Assembly (NCBI RefSeq): GCF_001194135.2 | Contig: NC_068983.1 | Location: forward strand, 113,392,684 to 113,435,538 | DNA: 42,855 nucleotides | Origin: Octopus bimaculoides | Lineage: Eukaryota | Direction of reading: 5' to 3' | Shown: positions 12,884-25,519 of the stretch, one piece after another | How the letters are laid out: every line of letters begins with the position of its first letter | Position numbering within the stretch: the stretch's first letter is position 1 | The notes under the pieces: model-generated | What the model saw: only the letters and a program-made list of their open reading frames with translations | Told to the model about the DNA's origin: nothing | Database searches by the model: none | Made by a program: the position numbers and the translations under genes

Positions 12884-13780
12884 CAGAGTGCGGTGAATGA
12901 ATTGCCTAAATTATGCAATAATGGAAATAACACTGATATCTCATTTTAACAGATATATTCACCAAAATTAAATAAAGATATCTTAAAATACTAAAGAGTA
13001 AATTTATTCAATAAAATCGCCATTAGCTTCAACCACGGCCTCCAGATGACTTCGGAATCTTCTGCAACTCTTCTGAACAGTCACTTTGTTTAAGCTGGTG
13101 AATGTTGTCACAACCTTGCCTTTAGTTCTTCTTTGGTGTTACAAGGAGTTTTGTTGGTCTCTCGCTCAACTGTGCCACACACATAATAATCAAAGGGGGC
13201 ACTCTGGGGTGTTAGGTGGCCAGATGTTAGTGCTGATGTGGTTTCAGAAATTGTCTGACAGCCATGACTAGGTTCTCCTGCTTGTGTGGCATGGTACAGA
13301 GTCCTGTTGCCAGATATAGGTTCTTCCAGCAGCTACTCTCTTGACCCAGGACAGCACAACCACCTCCAAGCACTTGATGTAGGTCTCCGTGTTGAGGCCG
13401 AAGCCGTGTGGGAGGATGAATGGAGACATAACGTCGCCATCAGTAGTGATCATTCCAAACACCATGATGTTGACTGGATGTTTGATTTTTATCATTCTCA
13501 GTACATGTCCTCAGACTGCACTGTCCTCAGACTGCACTGTCCTCAAATTGTCACCCAAACACTCTGAAATGTTCGTATTGGAGCTTCTGGTGTGAATGCC
13601 AAGCAGTAAAACATGTCGATTCCATATTTCTAGCAAAGTGAATTGCGTCATGATGCTGTTTTTCTTACAGACGATGCCCAACTGACCCTACTATACTGTG
13701 TAGTCGACAAAATCAGACAAACAATGTGCATGCATGAAACTAAAAATATAAAATGGCGACAATTTACCCCTCGCACCTTA
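12884..13780 (-). mobile_element. Tc1/mariner element, maT (DD37D)-like, internally deleted
   Basis: ORF 13268-13495 (IMVFGMITTDGDVMSPF...YIWQQDSVPCHTS) continues as WPPNTPEC[frameshift]DYYV. Restoring 2 missing nt gives 37 residues between the 2nd and 3rd D (inferred). Degenerate TIRs CAGAGTGCGG.. and (reverse complement) TAAGGTGCGA.. at TA. Confidence 0.85.
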
Positions 13781-13805
13781 TATGTATATATGTATATATA
13801 TATGT

Positions 13806-13860
<55 letters not shown>

Positions 13861-13863
<3 letters not shown>

Positions 13864-14003
13864 TATTATTATTATCATTATTGTTTTACTCTTTTATTAT
13901 TTTTATTGTATTTGTGTAACATTGTTCGTTATTTTCCATCCTTGTTTTTGTATACATTCGCTGCCTTCTTACAAGGAATCTAATGCTCTTAGTTTAGTTT
14001 TTC
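13861..14003 (+). repeat. 143-bp unclassified repeat, copy 1 (inverted relative to 15710-15852)
   Basis: TATTATTATT...GCTGCCTTCTTACAAGGAATCTAATGCTCTTAGTTTAGTTTTTC is the reverse complement of 15710-15852 with few mismatches. The ORF track shows near-identical peptides on opposite strands. Confidence 0.9.
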
Positions 14004-14227
14004 GTTGGAGCTGGCCAGATTGGAGTAATATCGAGAATAACCAGCCTAAGATGCAAGGATAATCTGGATCTCGACTGAAGAGAGAAAACTCCCAATGACC
14101 TGTCCGTGTTTTCTTTGTATCGTCTATCTGTATGTTTTGTCCCTTTCTTGTATCACCTAACTGTCTCGATGTTTTGCGTCCTTGTCTCATTCTGTATTAT
14201 TTATAGATGTATGTATATGTATATATC

Positions 14228-15086
14228 CGAGGGGATACTCAGAAGTAACTAGAAACGTTCTCTATGGGACAAACAAGCTGTAGTTCGGGTTTCCGCTGCT
14301 ACAAACCACTTCATACAACCCTCAGGCATTAGTATGCCGACCCTCGTCGTCGTGCGCTTTCGTACTGCCACGTAGTGCGCCTTTGTTCTATAGTCCTTCT
14401 CCCCAATTGGTTGATATTTGCGATGGCTGAAACGAGGCAACAGCGTGCTTCCGTAAAATTCTATTTTCTGCTGAGTAAAACGGCAACCGAAACAGGTCTT
14501 ATGCCCCAAACAGCTTATAAGGACGCTGCCATGAGTAAAACACAAATTTACGAGCGGTTTTCACGCTTTAGGAATGGTCACTTGTTGCTTGAAGACCAAT
14601 CCCGTTCAGTATGACCATTGACCTCGTGAACGAATGAATATATCATAAAAACTCACAAACTGACCTTGCAGGACCGTTACTAAATAATTGATGAACATAT
14701 TGATATGACGGGTGTGTCCTAGTGCTCCTGCCATTGACTTTTGAGGGAGGAATTGCAAACGAAAAGAGTTACAGCAAAATTTGTGCCTCGCTTGCTCACG
14801 GAAGATCAAATGCAGTCACGAATGAATGCGCGTCATGATCTGAAAAAACAGTTGGAGGTTATTCCGGATCTTTTTTGGAGAAAGCTGGTGGTACGGAAGT
14901 TGCAGATGAGGAAGAGAGGAAGAAAAAAAAGAAAAAAGCCCGACGGAGCGTTAAAAGGTATCACTTCACAACAGTTCCAGCATTGCTTCAAATAGTGGAA
15001 CACGCGTCTAGGCTGATACATTGCTTGAAATGAAGATTACTCTGAACGCGATAAAAGTGTAAACATGTAACCCCCCCCCCACGTCG
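14228..15086 (+). mobile_element. mariner (FVPRLL-type) deletion derivative lacking the catalytic core
   Basis: ORF track: MAETRQQRASVKFYFLLSKTATET...RFRNG..LEDQSRS and KRVTAKFVPRLLTEDQ, then a jump to the C-terminal FQHCFK*WNTRL. Left TIR CGAGGGGATACTCAGAAGTAAC; right end degenerate. Confidence 0.9.
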
Positions 15087-15110
15087 TATATACATACACA
15101 CATACGTACA

Positions 15111-15170
<60 letters not shown>

Positions 15171-15635
15171 AATATATATATATATATCTATATATATANN
15201 NNNNNNNNNNNNNNNNNNNNNNNNNNNNNNNNNNNNNNNNNNNNNNNNNNNNNNNNNNNNNNNNNNNNNNNNNNNNNNNNNNNNNNNNNNNNNNNNNNNN
15301 NNNNNNNNNNNNNNNNNNNNNNNNNNNNNNNNNNNNNNNNNNNNNNNNNNNNNNNNNNNNNNNNNNNNNNNNNNNNNNNNNNNNNNNNNNNNNNNNNNNN
15401 NNNNNNNNNNNNNNNNNNNNNNNNNNNNNNNNNNNNNNNNNNNNNNNNNNNNNNNNNNNNNNNNNNNNNNNNNNNNNNNNNNNNNNNNNNNNNNNNNNNN
15501 NNNNNNNNNNNNNNNNNNNNNNNNNNNNNNNNNNNNNNNNNNNNNNNNNNNNNNNNNNNNNNNNNNNNNNNNNNNNNNNNNNNNNNNNNNNNNNNNNNNN
15601 NNNNNNNNNNNNNNTACATACATACATACATATAT

Positions 15636-15711
15636 ACGACAGGCTTCTTTCAGTTTCCGTCTACCAAATCCACTCACAAGGCTTTTGTCGACCCGAGGCT
15701 ATAGTAGAAGA
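15636..15711 (-). mobile_element. SINE family A, truncated head fragment
   Basis: CGACAGGCTTCTTTCAGTTTCCGTCTACCAAATCCACTCACAAGGC...ATAGTAGAAG matches 2302-2375. Confidence 0.9.
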
Positions 15712-15852
15712 AAAACTAAGCTAAGAGCATTAGATTGCTTGTAAGAAGGCAGCGAATGTATACAAAAACAAGAATGGAAAAAAATGAACAATGTTACACA
15801 AATACAATAAAAATAATAAGACAGTAAAACAATAATGATAATAATAATAATA
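15710..15852 (-). repeat. 143-bp unclassified repeat, copy 2 (inverted)
   Basis: Reverse complement of 13861-14003. Confidence 0.9.
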
Positions 15853-16769
15853 ACATACACACACACACACACATATATATATACATACATACATCTTAGC
15901 TTATTATTCAATAAATAATATGAAAATACTGAGTAATATTTAGAATTACGGATGACTGAATTGCGACTTACTTCAGATGTTCTAAACCCTCTCATTAACA
16001 TTTATTCGCTGCCATTTTAACCATGCTAAATCATATAGTTTTTCATGTCAAATAAACTGAATTTTTATAGTCATCTAGCTGTCATACATCGATGGATTTC
16101 ATAGGCATTATTTCAAGAACACATGTATAGCTATAATTGATTTGCTACTAGCTTATGGTAGTTTTCGATATATTTTTGTATACTATGGAAAGGCGTTTCA
16201 TTTCATTGCCGCTTAACTGAGAAAACCTCTCAATCCTCACTTTATACGCATCTATTTCATCCCCACAAAAATACTTCAGTATTTAAATGATGGCTGCCAT
16301 AACATAAGACAATAAAAGTAAGCGAAATCTTTTTTTGAACTAGCTCGTTAATCAGGGAAGTGGGATGCAATGCTTATGATCTTTTCAGATCATGAGAGAA
16401 AGTAAATTAAAGCGGTCGACTTCCGACATACATATTTGAATGTTACTGTCTGTATGAAAACAATGAGCAGAGATATATTTCAGACTGTTGTCTCATGGGA
16501 AGGAGTTGACCAGATCAGAAGCTGAGAGATGAAGCCAAGAGAAAGGCAAACCTAACTTAAGAAAAGTAATACAGCCAACGTGTTCAGAAGAGAGCTCAGT
16601 AAAAAATACTCACCTTTAATCCTGATGCTAAGCCTCAGTATTTAATTAAGCCGCTGCAACTTTAAAGATAAACTTTTATACGCTTGTTTTCTTGCGTTTT
16701 TGCTTTTCTGGTTTTGTCTATTATTTTCAACATTATTCTCCGATCCTGCTTAGGTTTTATCTTCTATTA

Positions 16770-17106
16770 CCTTTTTCATTTTTCAGTCATAAGGCAACGA
16801 CCATATTGGGGTAGCGCCTTGAAGAATTTTTAGTCGAACCAGGCTACCGCAGTATTTTTTTTTAAGCTTGGTACTTATTCTATCGGTTTCTTTATCCGAA
16901 CCGCTCAGTGACGGGGGACATAAACACAGCAACACCGATTGTCAAGCGGTGGTGGATCACAAATACACAAACTAACATATATAATATGTACGACGGGTTT
17001 GTCACACTTTCCGCTTACAAAATCCGCTCGCAACGCCTTGGTCGCCCGAGGCTATAGTAGAACCCGGAACAGTTTGTTTGGAATGCAAACTTCTTACCTC
17101 ACAGTC
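16770..17106 (-). mobile_element. SINE family A, near full length (3' domain plus head), decayed
   Basis: The 3' domain (TTTCAGTCAT...GGTACTTATTCTATCGG...CCGAACCGCT...GACATAAACAC) is homologous to 36755-36915 and 39480-39597. The head at 16990-17106 has a 35-nt deletion at 17062/17063 relative to the 2302 copy. Confidence 0.8.
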
Positions 17107-17612
17107 AAGCCAAAATATTTTCAACATATACTACTCAGAAAATTTGTTAAATTATTGATTATTTGGGTTTTGAGAATAAGAAACAAATGCTTACATATCT
17201 TAATTTTTACAAGTAAATATAAGTTTTAAATGTTAGCTTTCGTTAACAAATGTTTCTATCACAATAAACATTCGAAAGAAAATAAATCCATTTTCTCTAG
17301 GAATGTTTCAGAAAACAAAACATTTGAACTTTGCTACGTGAGAAACTGTGACAAAAGACATATGGCAGGCAACTGAAGAATGCTCTTAATTGGTACAATA
17401 ATAGCAAATAAGCAAACACCCATATGTGTGTGTGTGTGTGTGTATGTGTCTGTGTGTGTGTGCGTGTGTGTGTGTGTATGTGTGTGTGTGTGCATGTGTG
17501 TGTGCGTGCGTGAGTGTGTATGGATATAAAGAGATGTATATATATACATTCACATACACACATACGCACAGAAACACACACACAGACACACAAACACATA
17601 CACACACGCACG

Positions 17613-17688
<76 letters not shown>

Positions 17689-17869
17689 NNNNNNNNNNNN
17701 NNGAGACAGAGTGAAAGAAAAATGCAAATTAACTCCGTGAATGTAAAGTCGAACAAAGTTGTTGATAGTATTCACTATATATTAATTTTACTATCCATTT
17801 TAATAATTTGTTATTTGAGGCGATGACAAAACTATCACCAACACCATATTCCTATTCCGGTGAAACTTA

Positions 17870-19400
17870 AACTTACTACTATACTGATCTTAGGTAAATT
17901 TCTCTTAAGCCTCGTAATGAATCAGACATTTATATGGTTAGGGTTAACTTCCCGCTTCAATAACATTTAGCCAATAAGACGCAGAATTTTCCTCTGATGT
18001 GGGTCAAGACGTGTGACCCATGCCAGAGGAATATTCGTCCACACTTGGACTCAGAAAATTTCATTCAAATATTTGTAGTACTTTGGGTAATAACTTCCTA
18101 ATTCTATTCGTATTAATTCTTGGACCTAAGAGGTTCAGTTCGCGGATACACTTTTCGTAATATGTTGCATTGGATTTAACTGTACATCATCTCTGGGAAG
18201 TAAAGTGCTGTAAGAAGTAATGAGTAGATATTTAGAAGTTCCTACCAACAACAAGTAGCTGTTGTAATAATTGCTAATCTAGTCACTAACTAACTGCCTG
18301 CACTTATTTGTCTATTTCTTTCTACATCATATTCTTGATTGGATTCGTAGCTGTTTTATACAAACCCATATTTCTTTACCCGCAGCTGATATATCGCATA
18401 TCATCTTATGGCAAGCTATTTACAGCATATTTTACATTTAGTGATGTGGAGGCTTATTGAAATGAGAATACTAATGGTTGGCAGGTGTTTGGACACGATT
18501 CATCATCCTCAGACTTCATTTGCATAACATTCTTATCTAATCTCAGCGATTAAAAGTGAAATTATTGAAGCAATTTATTCTTATAAAATCTGGGCCGAGG
18601 TATTTTTTCTTTATCGTTATTTTAGGATTGTTTCTATTGCTATGCCATTAATTTTGCATTCTTCCTGCTGAACACACTTGCCCTGATCCTGTTGTACTAC
18701 ATACAGCTTATATAGCTCTTACAGAAGTCCAGTTTCTTTCAAATTGTATTGTTTCTGATGTGGTATATCTCACAGAGTCTGTGCTCTTTCTAGTGAAACT
18801 ATAATAGACTGATTTGGGAATTCTGGCAAACAGTCTGTTCTGTATTAGGCGTTTATATGTTGATCTATATTTTACATTGTCGACAGTGGTTCGATGTTCT
18901 TGTTTCCTTATGGTTATAAAATTTTCTTTTAATTACTTTTTTAATCTCTTCTTTACACGTTTCTGATATTTTATGGATGTGTGTTACATTTAAAAACTAT
19001 TAGACTCTATGAAATGTTTCTTTTTCAGGCTAGAGGTTTAACTTGGCTTACAATGTTTATTTGTAATTGACTTGCAAAGCTTCAGATACTTACTATGAGG
19101 TAGAATTGTGACAGTTGATACATACGTCAGAAGATATATATTCTGGTATGTTAATTTTACAATGCTAAGCCGTGCTCCGTAATTTCTTGTTATTCTGCTT
19201 ACAGCACCCAGTTTGAGTTTGGAAGGATCTTTATATGCATCTTCATAACAGTAAATTTTTCTTTCTTGATCTCTTGCTAGAATGCCAGTACATTGGTAGC
19301 AAACTTGATTGATATAACTCGATCAAAACGTTTCTTGTGATAGCAAAGAATTTTCAGTGTCCCTAATTGTGTTTTAGCGTATTTAGCTTTCTCTGAAAAG
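17870..19400 (-). mobile_element. Possible highly decayed CR1-like LINE 3' region
   Basis: Only weak motifs, e.g. YEKCIRELNLL near 18120-18165, resembling the CR1 YEERLxxLxL motif; boundaries uncertain. Confidence 0.3.
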
Positions 19401-20025
19401 CTCGATATGAAAATTCACTGTAGAGTTTTGTCATTTTTGCTTAAGATGTAACGGGTAAGGTCTGAACTCATTGTTCTTCTTATATCTTATTATTGTGCTT
19501 AAATACCAATATGGCGGCACAGATTGTTGATGTTTACTTCAAGTCATGCTTTCCGTTTAGTAATTTCATTATCATACTTCAGATATTTCTCAGGTGATCT
19601 TTAAGAATGATAGTCTTTATGAGAGTATTAATTGTCCAGTAATTAACTTCATATGATTTCATGTGCTCGCCAGCAATGTCAGCAATAACTCTCAAAATTA
19701 CAGCGTTGGCCTATTTTCATCTTACTCAGAATGGCCCGTCGCTCAATAGAATTTCAGAGGAAGAAGAAGAAAAGTTGTTTTTTCTTTTTCTTTTTACTAA
19801 CTGTGATTTGAAAATGTTCTTATGTTCAATACATTTCTTCACAGTCGTTTCAGTGGAATCATTCTCATGAGGAGATATAGGAGAGTTTAGTGATGGCAGC
19901 GGCGATTACTTCACATTTTTTTTTTATCAGTATCAGTCATGGTCGTAGTAGCAGAACTGAACATGGTCTAAGCCACATATATTGGAATCTTGGCAGATAA
20001 AAGGTGTTTCTCTTATTTATAACAG

Positions 20026-20089
20026 GAGAAATAAACCCGTTACTGGTTAGGCTGGAGGAGTCGGAAAAAAAGACACCTGCACGTCTGAT
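20026..20089 (+). CDS. Putative 64-nt internal exon of an unidentified gene
   Basis: Acceptor TTTCTCTTATTTATAACAG| and donor AT|GTGAGC. Only one frame is open (xEINPLLVRLEESEKKTPARLx). GC-rich relative to flanks; no homology recognised. Confidence 0.35.
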
Positions 20090-20691
20090 GTGAGCGGCGC
20101 CTTGTATGCATGCATTACGATTGTTTGCCTGGGTGTGAGGATATATTTATGAGTCTATGCATGTAAAATGTATGTATGTTTATATTCATGTACATCAGAT
20201 TTTATGTGTGTCTTTATAGATTCATGTATATGTGTATGTGTTTATATAAGTGTGTATATGTTTACGTATAAAAGTGATGAGTATATATTTATGAATGTAT
20301 GTATTAATGTATATATTCATGTTTAAAATTGAGTTGTAAGTAAACCAACATGTATGTATTATAAATTAGGTGAATCTACCGTCAGGCATGACACACGGAA
20401 GTTCTTCATATCTCAGAAGCTTCTAGAATTTCAATATATCACAGTTTACGATCTTCCACTTTCACAAGATTTTAGAAATTTATAAAATGCTTGCAAATAC
20501 AAATAAACGGATAACATAAAAATCATAGATCAAAGGCTATGTGAGTTTATAGATTATGTCGTGATTTATGCTTTCTTCTTTGTCACAGGTTTCCTGCCTC
20601 TTGTGTATGTATGTATGTATATATGTATGTATGTATATATGTATGTATGTATATAGGGAGAGAGATAGAGAGAACACAGATAAGCTGAAGA

Positions 20692-20771
20692 TCACTACTT
20701 CTGTTTCAGACGAGTTTCTTATTGATGTATACACCGATCACATTATGAAAGAAACCGTTTTCTTCAGGTGA
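20692..20771 (-). ncRNA. Candidate type I minimal hammerhead ribozyme (degenerate)
   Basis: Minus strand reads TCAC-CTGAAGA-[53-nt stem II; AAACGGTTTCTT pairs with AAGAAACTCGTCT, 11 of 12 pairs plus a bulge]-GAAA-C-AGAA-GTA-GTGA. Stem I is only 4 bp and the stem III loop is not palindromic. Confidence 0.45.
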
Positions 20772-21542
20772 ATTATAACATAAAATTATAAATTTGGTTC
20801 AGAGTAAATATCAATATACGCAATGCTTGATGCGAGACACCTATCTGTGAATGTCTAGAACTTTCACATAACATTTGTATTCATTCTATGTGGACCGGGA
20901 CAATACAGAAGGTGAGATTTGATGCTGGTATCGAATGTTTTGTGTGAAAAGCAGAGATTTGTCATCCAAGTAGGTTTCAAATCGCTGAAGGCTTGAATCA
21001 CTGTACCTCCAGTTGCGAATACTATGTTTTCCAAGAACTTAAAGGTTTCAAATCGCTCAACATATGATTCTTACTATCAAAAGACCTCAGTCATCCCTTC
21101 GAATTTTCATTCTGTTTGCCTCTTTCGCATTAACTCACTGTCAGGTTTTCACTTTATTTTGTTTGTTTGTCTGTCTGTAAGCCTTTCTATCTACTGCAAG
21201 TCTTGATCATTCTCGAAGACTGCTCTTGTGCTCAACTTAAGGTTAGTCTGAGTAATGTAACCCATCATTTACTGAATCGCGACACAAAGGATGCACTATT
21301 TGGAAAAGAATAATAAGACAAATGATTTAATGATAGTGATAATAGAGAGCTAGCAGGATAGCATGCTAGATTAGATGTCGAGTTTTCTTAACATGAAAAA
21401 TAGACGATTTATTAAAAACTGCCTTCTTTTATTTCCAAACAAAAGCAACAAAAAAAAAACACGTACAAAATTTGAACGCACATAAATATGAGGAATATTT
21501 TATCACACACTTGTCAGATATATTTCAACAAAACCGATACAT

Positions 21543-21820
21543 CAGCTCAGATCAGGCATGGTGACAAGCATCGATAGAGGGTGAACGTTTGTTGGTATCC
21601 GGTCGGATTGTCCAGGGCAGTCCTCCGAGTTGTGTCTCAGTCGATTCCCATCTCCGCAAAACATTTCCTCCTCTGCCGTGACTGACCAACATATACTAAC
21701 ACCCCAGTCAGATCCTCAAAGATGAGAATATGATACGCGGGATCCAACTCAGAAAATCGAGGAAACGATCTAAGCTGACAGTCCTCAATGATACGAGTAA
21801 CAGGACGCATCCCAGGTGAA
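21543..21820 (-). mobile_element. RTE-clade LINE 3' end
   Basis: Minus strand MRPVTRIIEDCQLRSFPRFSELDPAYHILIFED...FAEMGID resembles the RTE C-terminus (RQLRxFGHVAR..xDPAxRIL), followed by a short CTGA-type tail. Confidence 0.72.
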
Positions 21821-23578
21821 TTTTTCTTTTCTTTTTATTTGTAATTGATGTGATTATAGCAGAAAAAAAAATTAAATAGTGCAAATATTATCATCTCTTT
21901 CAAAGAGCAAAATTATAAAATAACACTTGTGTGTTGAAAATTTTGCATTTATTTCTCCATTTATTTCTTAAATTAACTTACATTTCCTGTATTATTTTCT
22001 GATAGAGTTGGTGATATTAAGAAAATGCTATTGAAAGCAACACATAACAAGAGTTCCCTTTGCTCGCCCAAACATTATGCATAAAATTTTCGGAAGCTGC
22101 CTCTAACACTTCTCCTAAAACATTGCAAGTACAACAAGGCAGTGACTGGCAATGTACTGAACAACATTTGATAAATAAATCTATATTTTCTGGGCTGAAG
22201 AAAATAATAGAAAGCTTGCGACGTATGTATATAAGTTACACAATGGAGTTCTATTATATTTTCCACGCAGAGTTGCTGGAATAAACATGACAATAAACGA
22301 ATTCATTACCTTAGCTGCTGCCATTGAAAGATTTACAAAGTTCGGGCTCCGCTTCCTCACGCTTGTAACAGAATGTTCCGAGGAAACTGTTTGCATTTCT
22401 CTTTATTTGCGCAATAAATCTATTATCATTTCATTTAGAAATGTCTAGCGGCTAATGTTAGTACAACATTAACATACACCAAAGTAACAGAAGTTGTTTT
22501 ATGGTCAATCTGAAATTCTACACTGGAAATACTAACAACGCTTATAAATAACCAGATTTAGTTAACATTTTCATACGATATAAACAGGGAATTGGTGAAA
22601 TAAATATTCATATTTGATAGTTCAACACGGAAAGCTGTTTTCAAAATACTCCAAACCTATACATCTATGATTCTTTTTTCCCTTGGTATCAAGAAAACTA
22701 TGCAAATGTGTTATGAACGAAGATAAAATTACCAGTATTGAATAGTAAGTTGGAGTCTTCCTCTTACATCAAGACAATTTCCACAATGTATTTGCATTCT
22801 AGTAATACTATTAACATTTTGTTTTATATTGAAAATATGCTCTATAGATATTAAAACCAGCAAGATCTTTTTGACAGCAACAGCAATGTTCAACGGAAAT
22901 GCTGATATGGACAAGCTTTATCTTCGAAAAGCGAATGTAGAAGTTTCAGATCAGACTAAAGAGGCCTTTTGGGTATTGTTTGGTATTGTTTGGTATTGCT
23001 TAGACCATAACGGTTAAACAGCAGTGGAAAAATCATATAAAACTACAATGTTCAAAAGTAAATAGAATAAAATCTTGCGGTTCAGTAGTAGACGATTCAA
23101 AAGTTATTTATCTCATAATGACTTCCTACATGACGCCATAGTTACTTGACAAGAGTATTTTGATAAGGATCTAGAATCGAAATACTCTACATATCGGAAA
23201 ACGTTATGCATGGTTAGTTTTCCTGTAAAACTGGGGATAACACAGATATTGGTTGTAAGGGTGGCTTCAATTGGGACTCGTGACTTTATGTCATATCATA
23301 TTTTGAAGGATATACTCTTCCAGTCAAAGAGCAACAAAATAAGTAATGAACTCAAGAAACAGTGTATCCCTCAAATTCAAAGTATGCGGCTCAAAATATC
23401 AGTTAGGTTTCCCTTTTGTAAATTATATGGCCAGCAACTTCTCAAAAATGTAATTAAGCTATTACCCTCTGATGCGTCATGATGTTATTGCTAAAACAAT
23501 ATAGAATGCCAAGCGTAGGAACAACTCCCCTGGGATTAAAGTATAAACTTTTGTTACTAGATATAAGATGTACTTTGG

Positions 23579-23792
23579 AGGGGGCGAATTGGCAGAATTG
23601 TTAGTACTGCGGACGAAATGCCTCTAAGCATTTTGTCCGCATTTTTGTATTTAAGTTCTGAGTTCTAATTCCACTGAGATCGACTTTGCCTTTCGGGGTC
23701 GATGAAATAAGTACCAGTTGAACACTTGAGTCGATGTAATTGACTTACTCCTGCCCTGAGATTGCTGGCCTTGTACCAGAATTTGAAACCAA
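23579..23792 (+). mobile_element. SINE family B, near full length
   Basis: GGGGCGAATTGGCAGAATTGTTAG (A box)...GTTCTAATTCC (B box)...GACTTTGCCTTTCGGGGTCGATGAAATAAGTACCAGTT...CCTTGTACCAGAATTTGAAACC; homologous to 8169-8380. Confidence 0.9.
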
Positions 23793-24779
23793 TACAAGAT
23801 GTTGAACATTCGCATTTGAATTTCTATCAATTGCAAACTTAACATGCCTTATGCTATTATGTAAGATATAATGAAATTACAGGTTTAGGGGCCAGTTGCC
23901 TTGAAGATATGAATATTTCTTTTATAATCAACGGGAGAAAGAATATCTGTGGACAATTTCACCGAAGCGAACGACTTTTCTACCTACATCATAAATTTCC
24001 CTTTATTCTAATAGTTATTGATACATTTGACTATATTATTAAATTTCGAAGACATTATTTCAGAAATTTAGGTTTTCGTGCATAGAATGTGACCTGATAA
24101 TGCATTTTATGCAAATATAAACTGATAACTGAATATTTAAAATATACAAACCTTTTCTGAAGTTTTATGCGTAAGGCTTAAGTGTGGATTTTTTTCTTTT
24201 CTATTCAGTTTCCAAGAAAAGAACTTTATTTGTTAGGTAGAAACCAATTCCCTTTTTTATGAATAATTCAAATTGCTTACATACAAGACTGCTTGGTCTT
24301 GTCTAATCTAATATGTAGGAGCCCAGTTTGAGGACGAAGGACTGCTCTGTCTCTACTGGGGAAACAGTTGATAAATAAAATTGGAAGGAAACATACATTT
24401 CGAAGTCTTTTCTCGTTTCAATTAACTGGTACTTACCTCAGTAATAAAACTAAAATTTGTAATATGTAAGTATTTAATATGTCGTTGAACACAAAATACA
24501 TGACTTTTAAATACTGTCGAAGAAAGCAAAAAGAAAAATCAGAAACGGACCTGAAATTTATTTTGCAAAACTTTTCTCTGAAGTAATGAATCTATTTATT
24601 ATTTTTTGGAATTTTGCAAAGCCATTATTGACATTTTAATTCTTGGATTCTCTACTGATTTTGTTGAATACTCCTTACTTTTATTTCGCAACAATGTTGA
24701 CTGAGTAAGAAATGCTCCTGCCTAGAACAATTCTAACTTTGTTGCTTCCAACTTCATATTACATACATTTACTAGATCC

Positions 24780-25470
24780 TTAGTCATAGATACAACTTCT
24801 CCGGTAAGAACAACGTCTCCGATAAGATCATGCCGATCTTGACTATTCAGCCACATAAAAGAGACAAAGACTTTTCATTTCAAGAAAATATCATTGCAAT
24901 CGGCACTCCTTCGCGTGGACAAGATCATAACACAATTGAACCCTCACGATCAGTTCAAAGCGGAAGTATAACAATCATTGTAAATTCTTCATGGAGATCA
25001 AACATCCTTAATATAGCTCAAACTGCATTTTAAAGACTGGCTCTTCTATTCCACAAAACATAACACCGACTTAGCCTCAGGAGTAAGCCACAAGTGAGTC
25101 CTGTAATACTGCTGATGTTACATACACACATATTCTGGACTATCTTCTGAGATGCACCACACTATTAAGCAACAAACTCCCTCGTGAAAATCTCCAGCAT
25201 CTAAACCGCTATTGTTTTCTTTCCTCCTCTTGCCTTTTCCACCGCCACAAAAATGGAGTCTGCTCAGACCTCGTACTACCTCCACTCAAGAATACACTAT
25301 TTACTTGTCACTCCTCCATTTTGTGTCCATATGTTTTCCACCACTGCCCCGACGACGCACTAATTGTAATAGCTAATCCGTCTCAGAACGTTGGACCTTA
25401 GATATACTGAATTTTCTTCCTTAACATGTTCTTTCTTCTGTCGTTGGTTGGAACAGTGTTGATGTATCGC
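24780..25470 (+). mobile_element. L2/CR1-group LINE 3' fragment (similar type to 790-1520)
   Basis: HNTIEPSRSV..ITIIVNSSWRSNILNIAQTAF*RLALLF...KPQVSPVI matches the L2 thumb-region pattern (LSWxxHIxxIAKTAxxxLxxL...KAQVRP). Confidence 0.65.
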
Positions 25471-25519
25471 TCAAGGCATCAATTCACTGATTTGGAGAGC
25501 CAGCATAGGTAAAAGTAGG

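Noticed and set aside
22075-22396. Minus-strand GT-AG mini-intron with flanking ORFs
   Set aside because: The longer downstream open frame is out of phase with the upstream frame, and there is no recognisable homology.
22729-23482. Cluster of 60-90 aa ORFs, possibly a decayed element
   Set aside because: No motif I can assign; lengths are compatible with chance.
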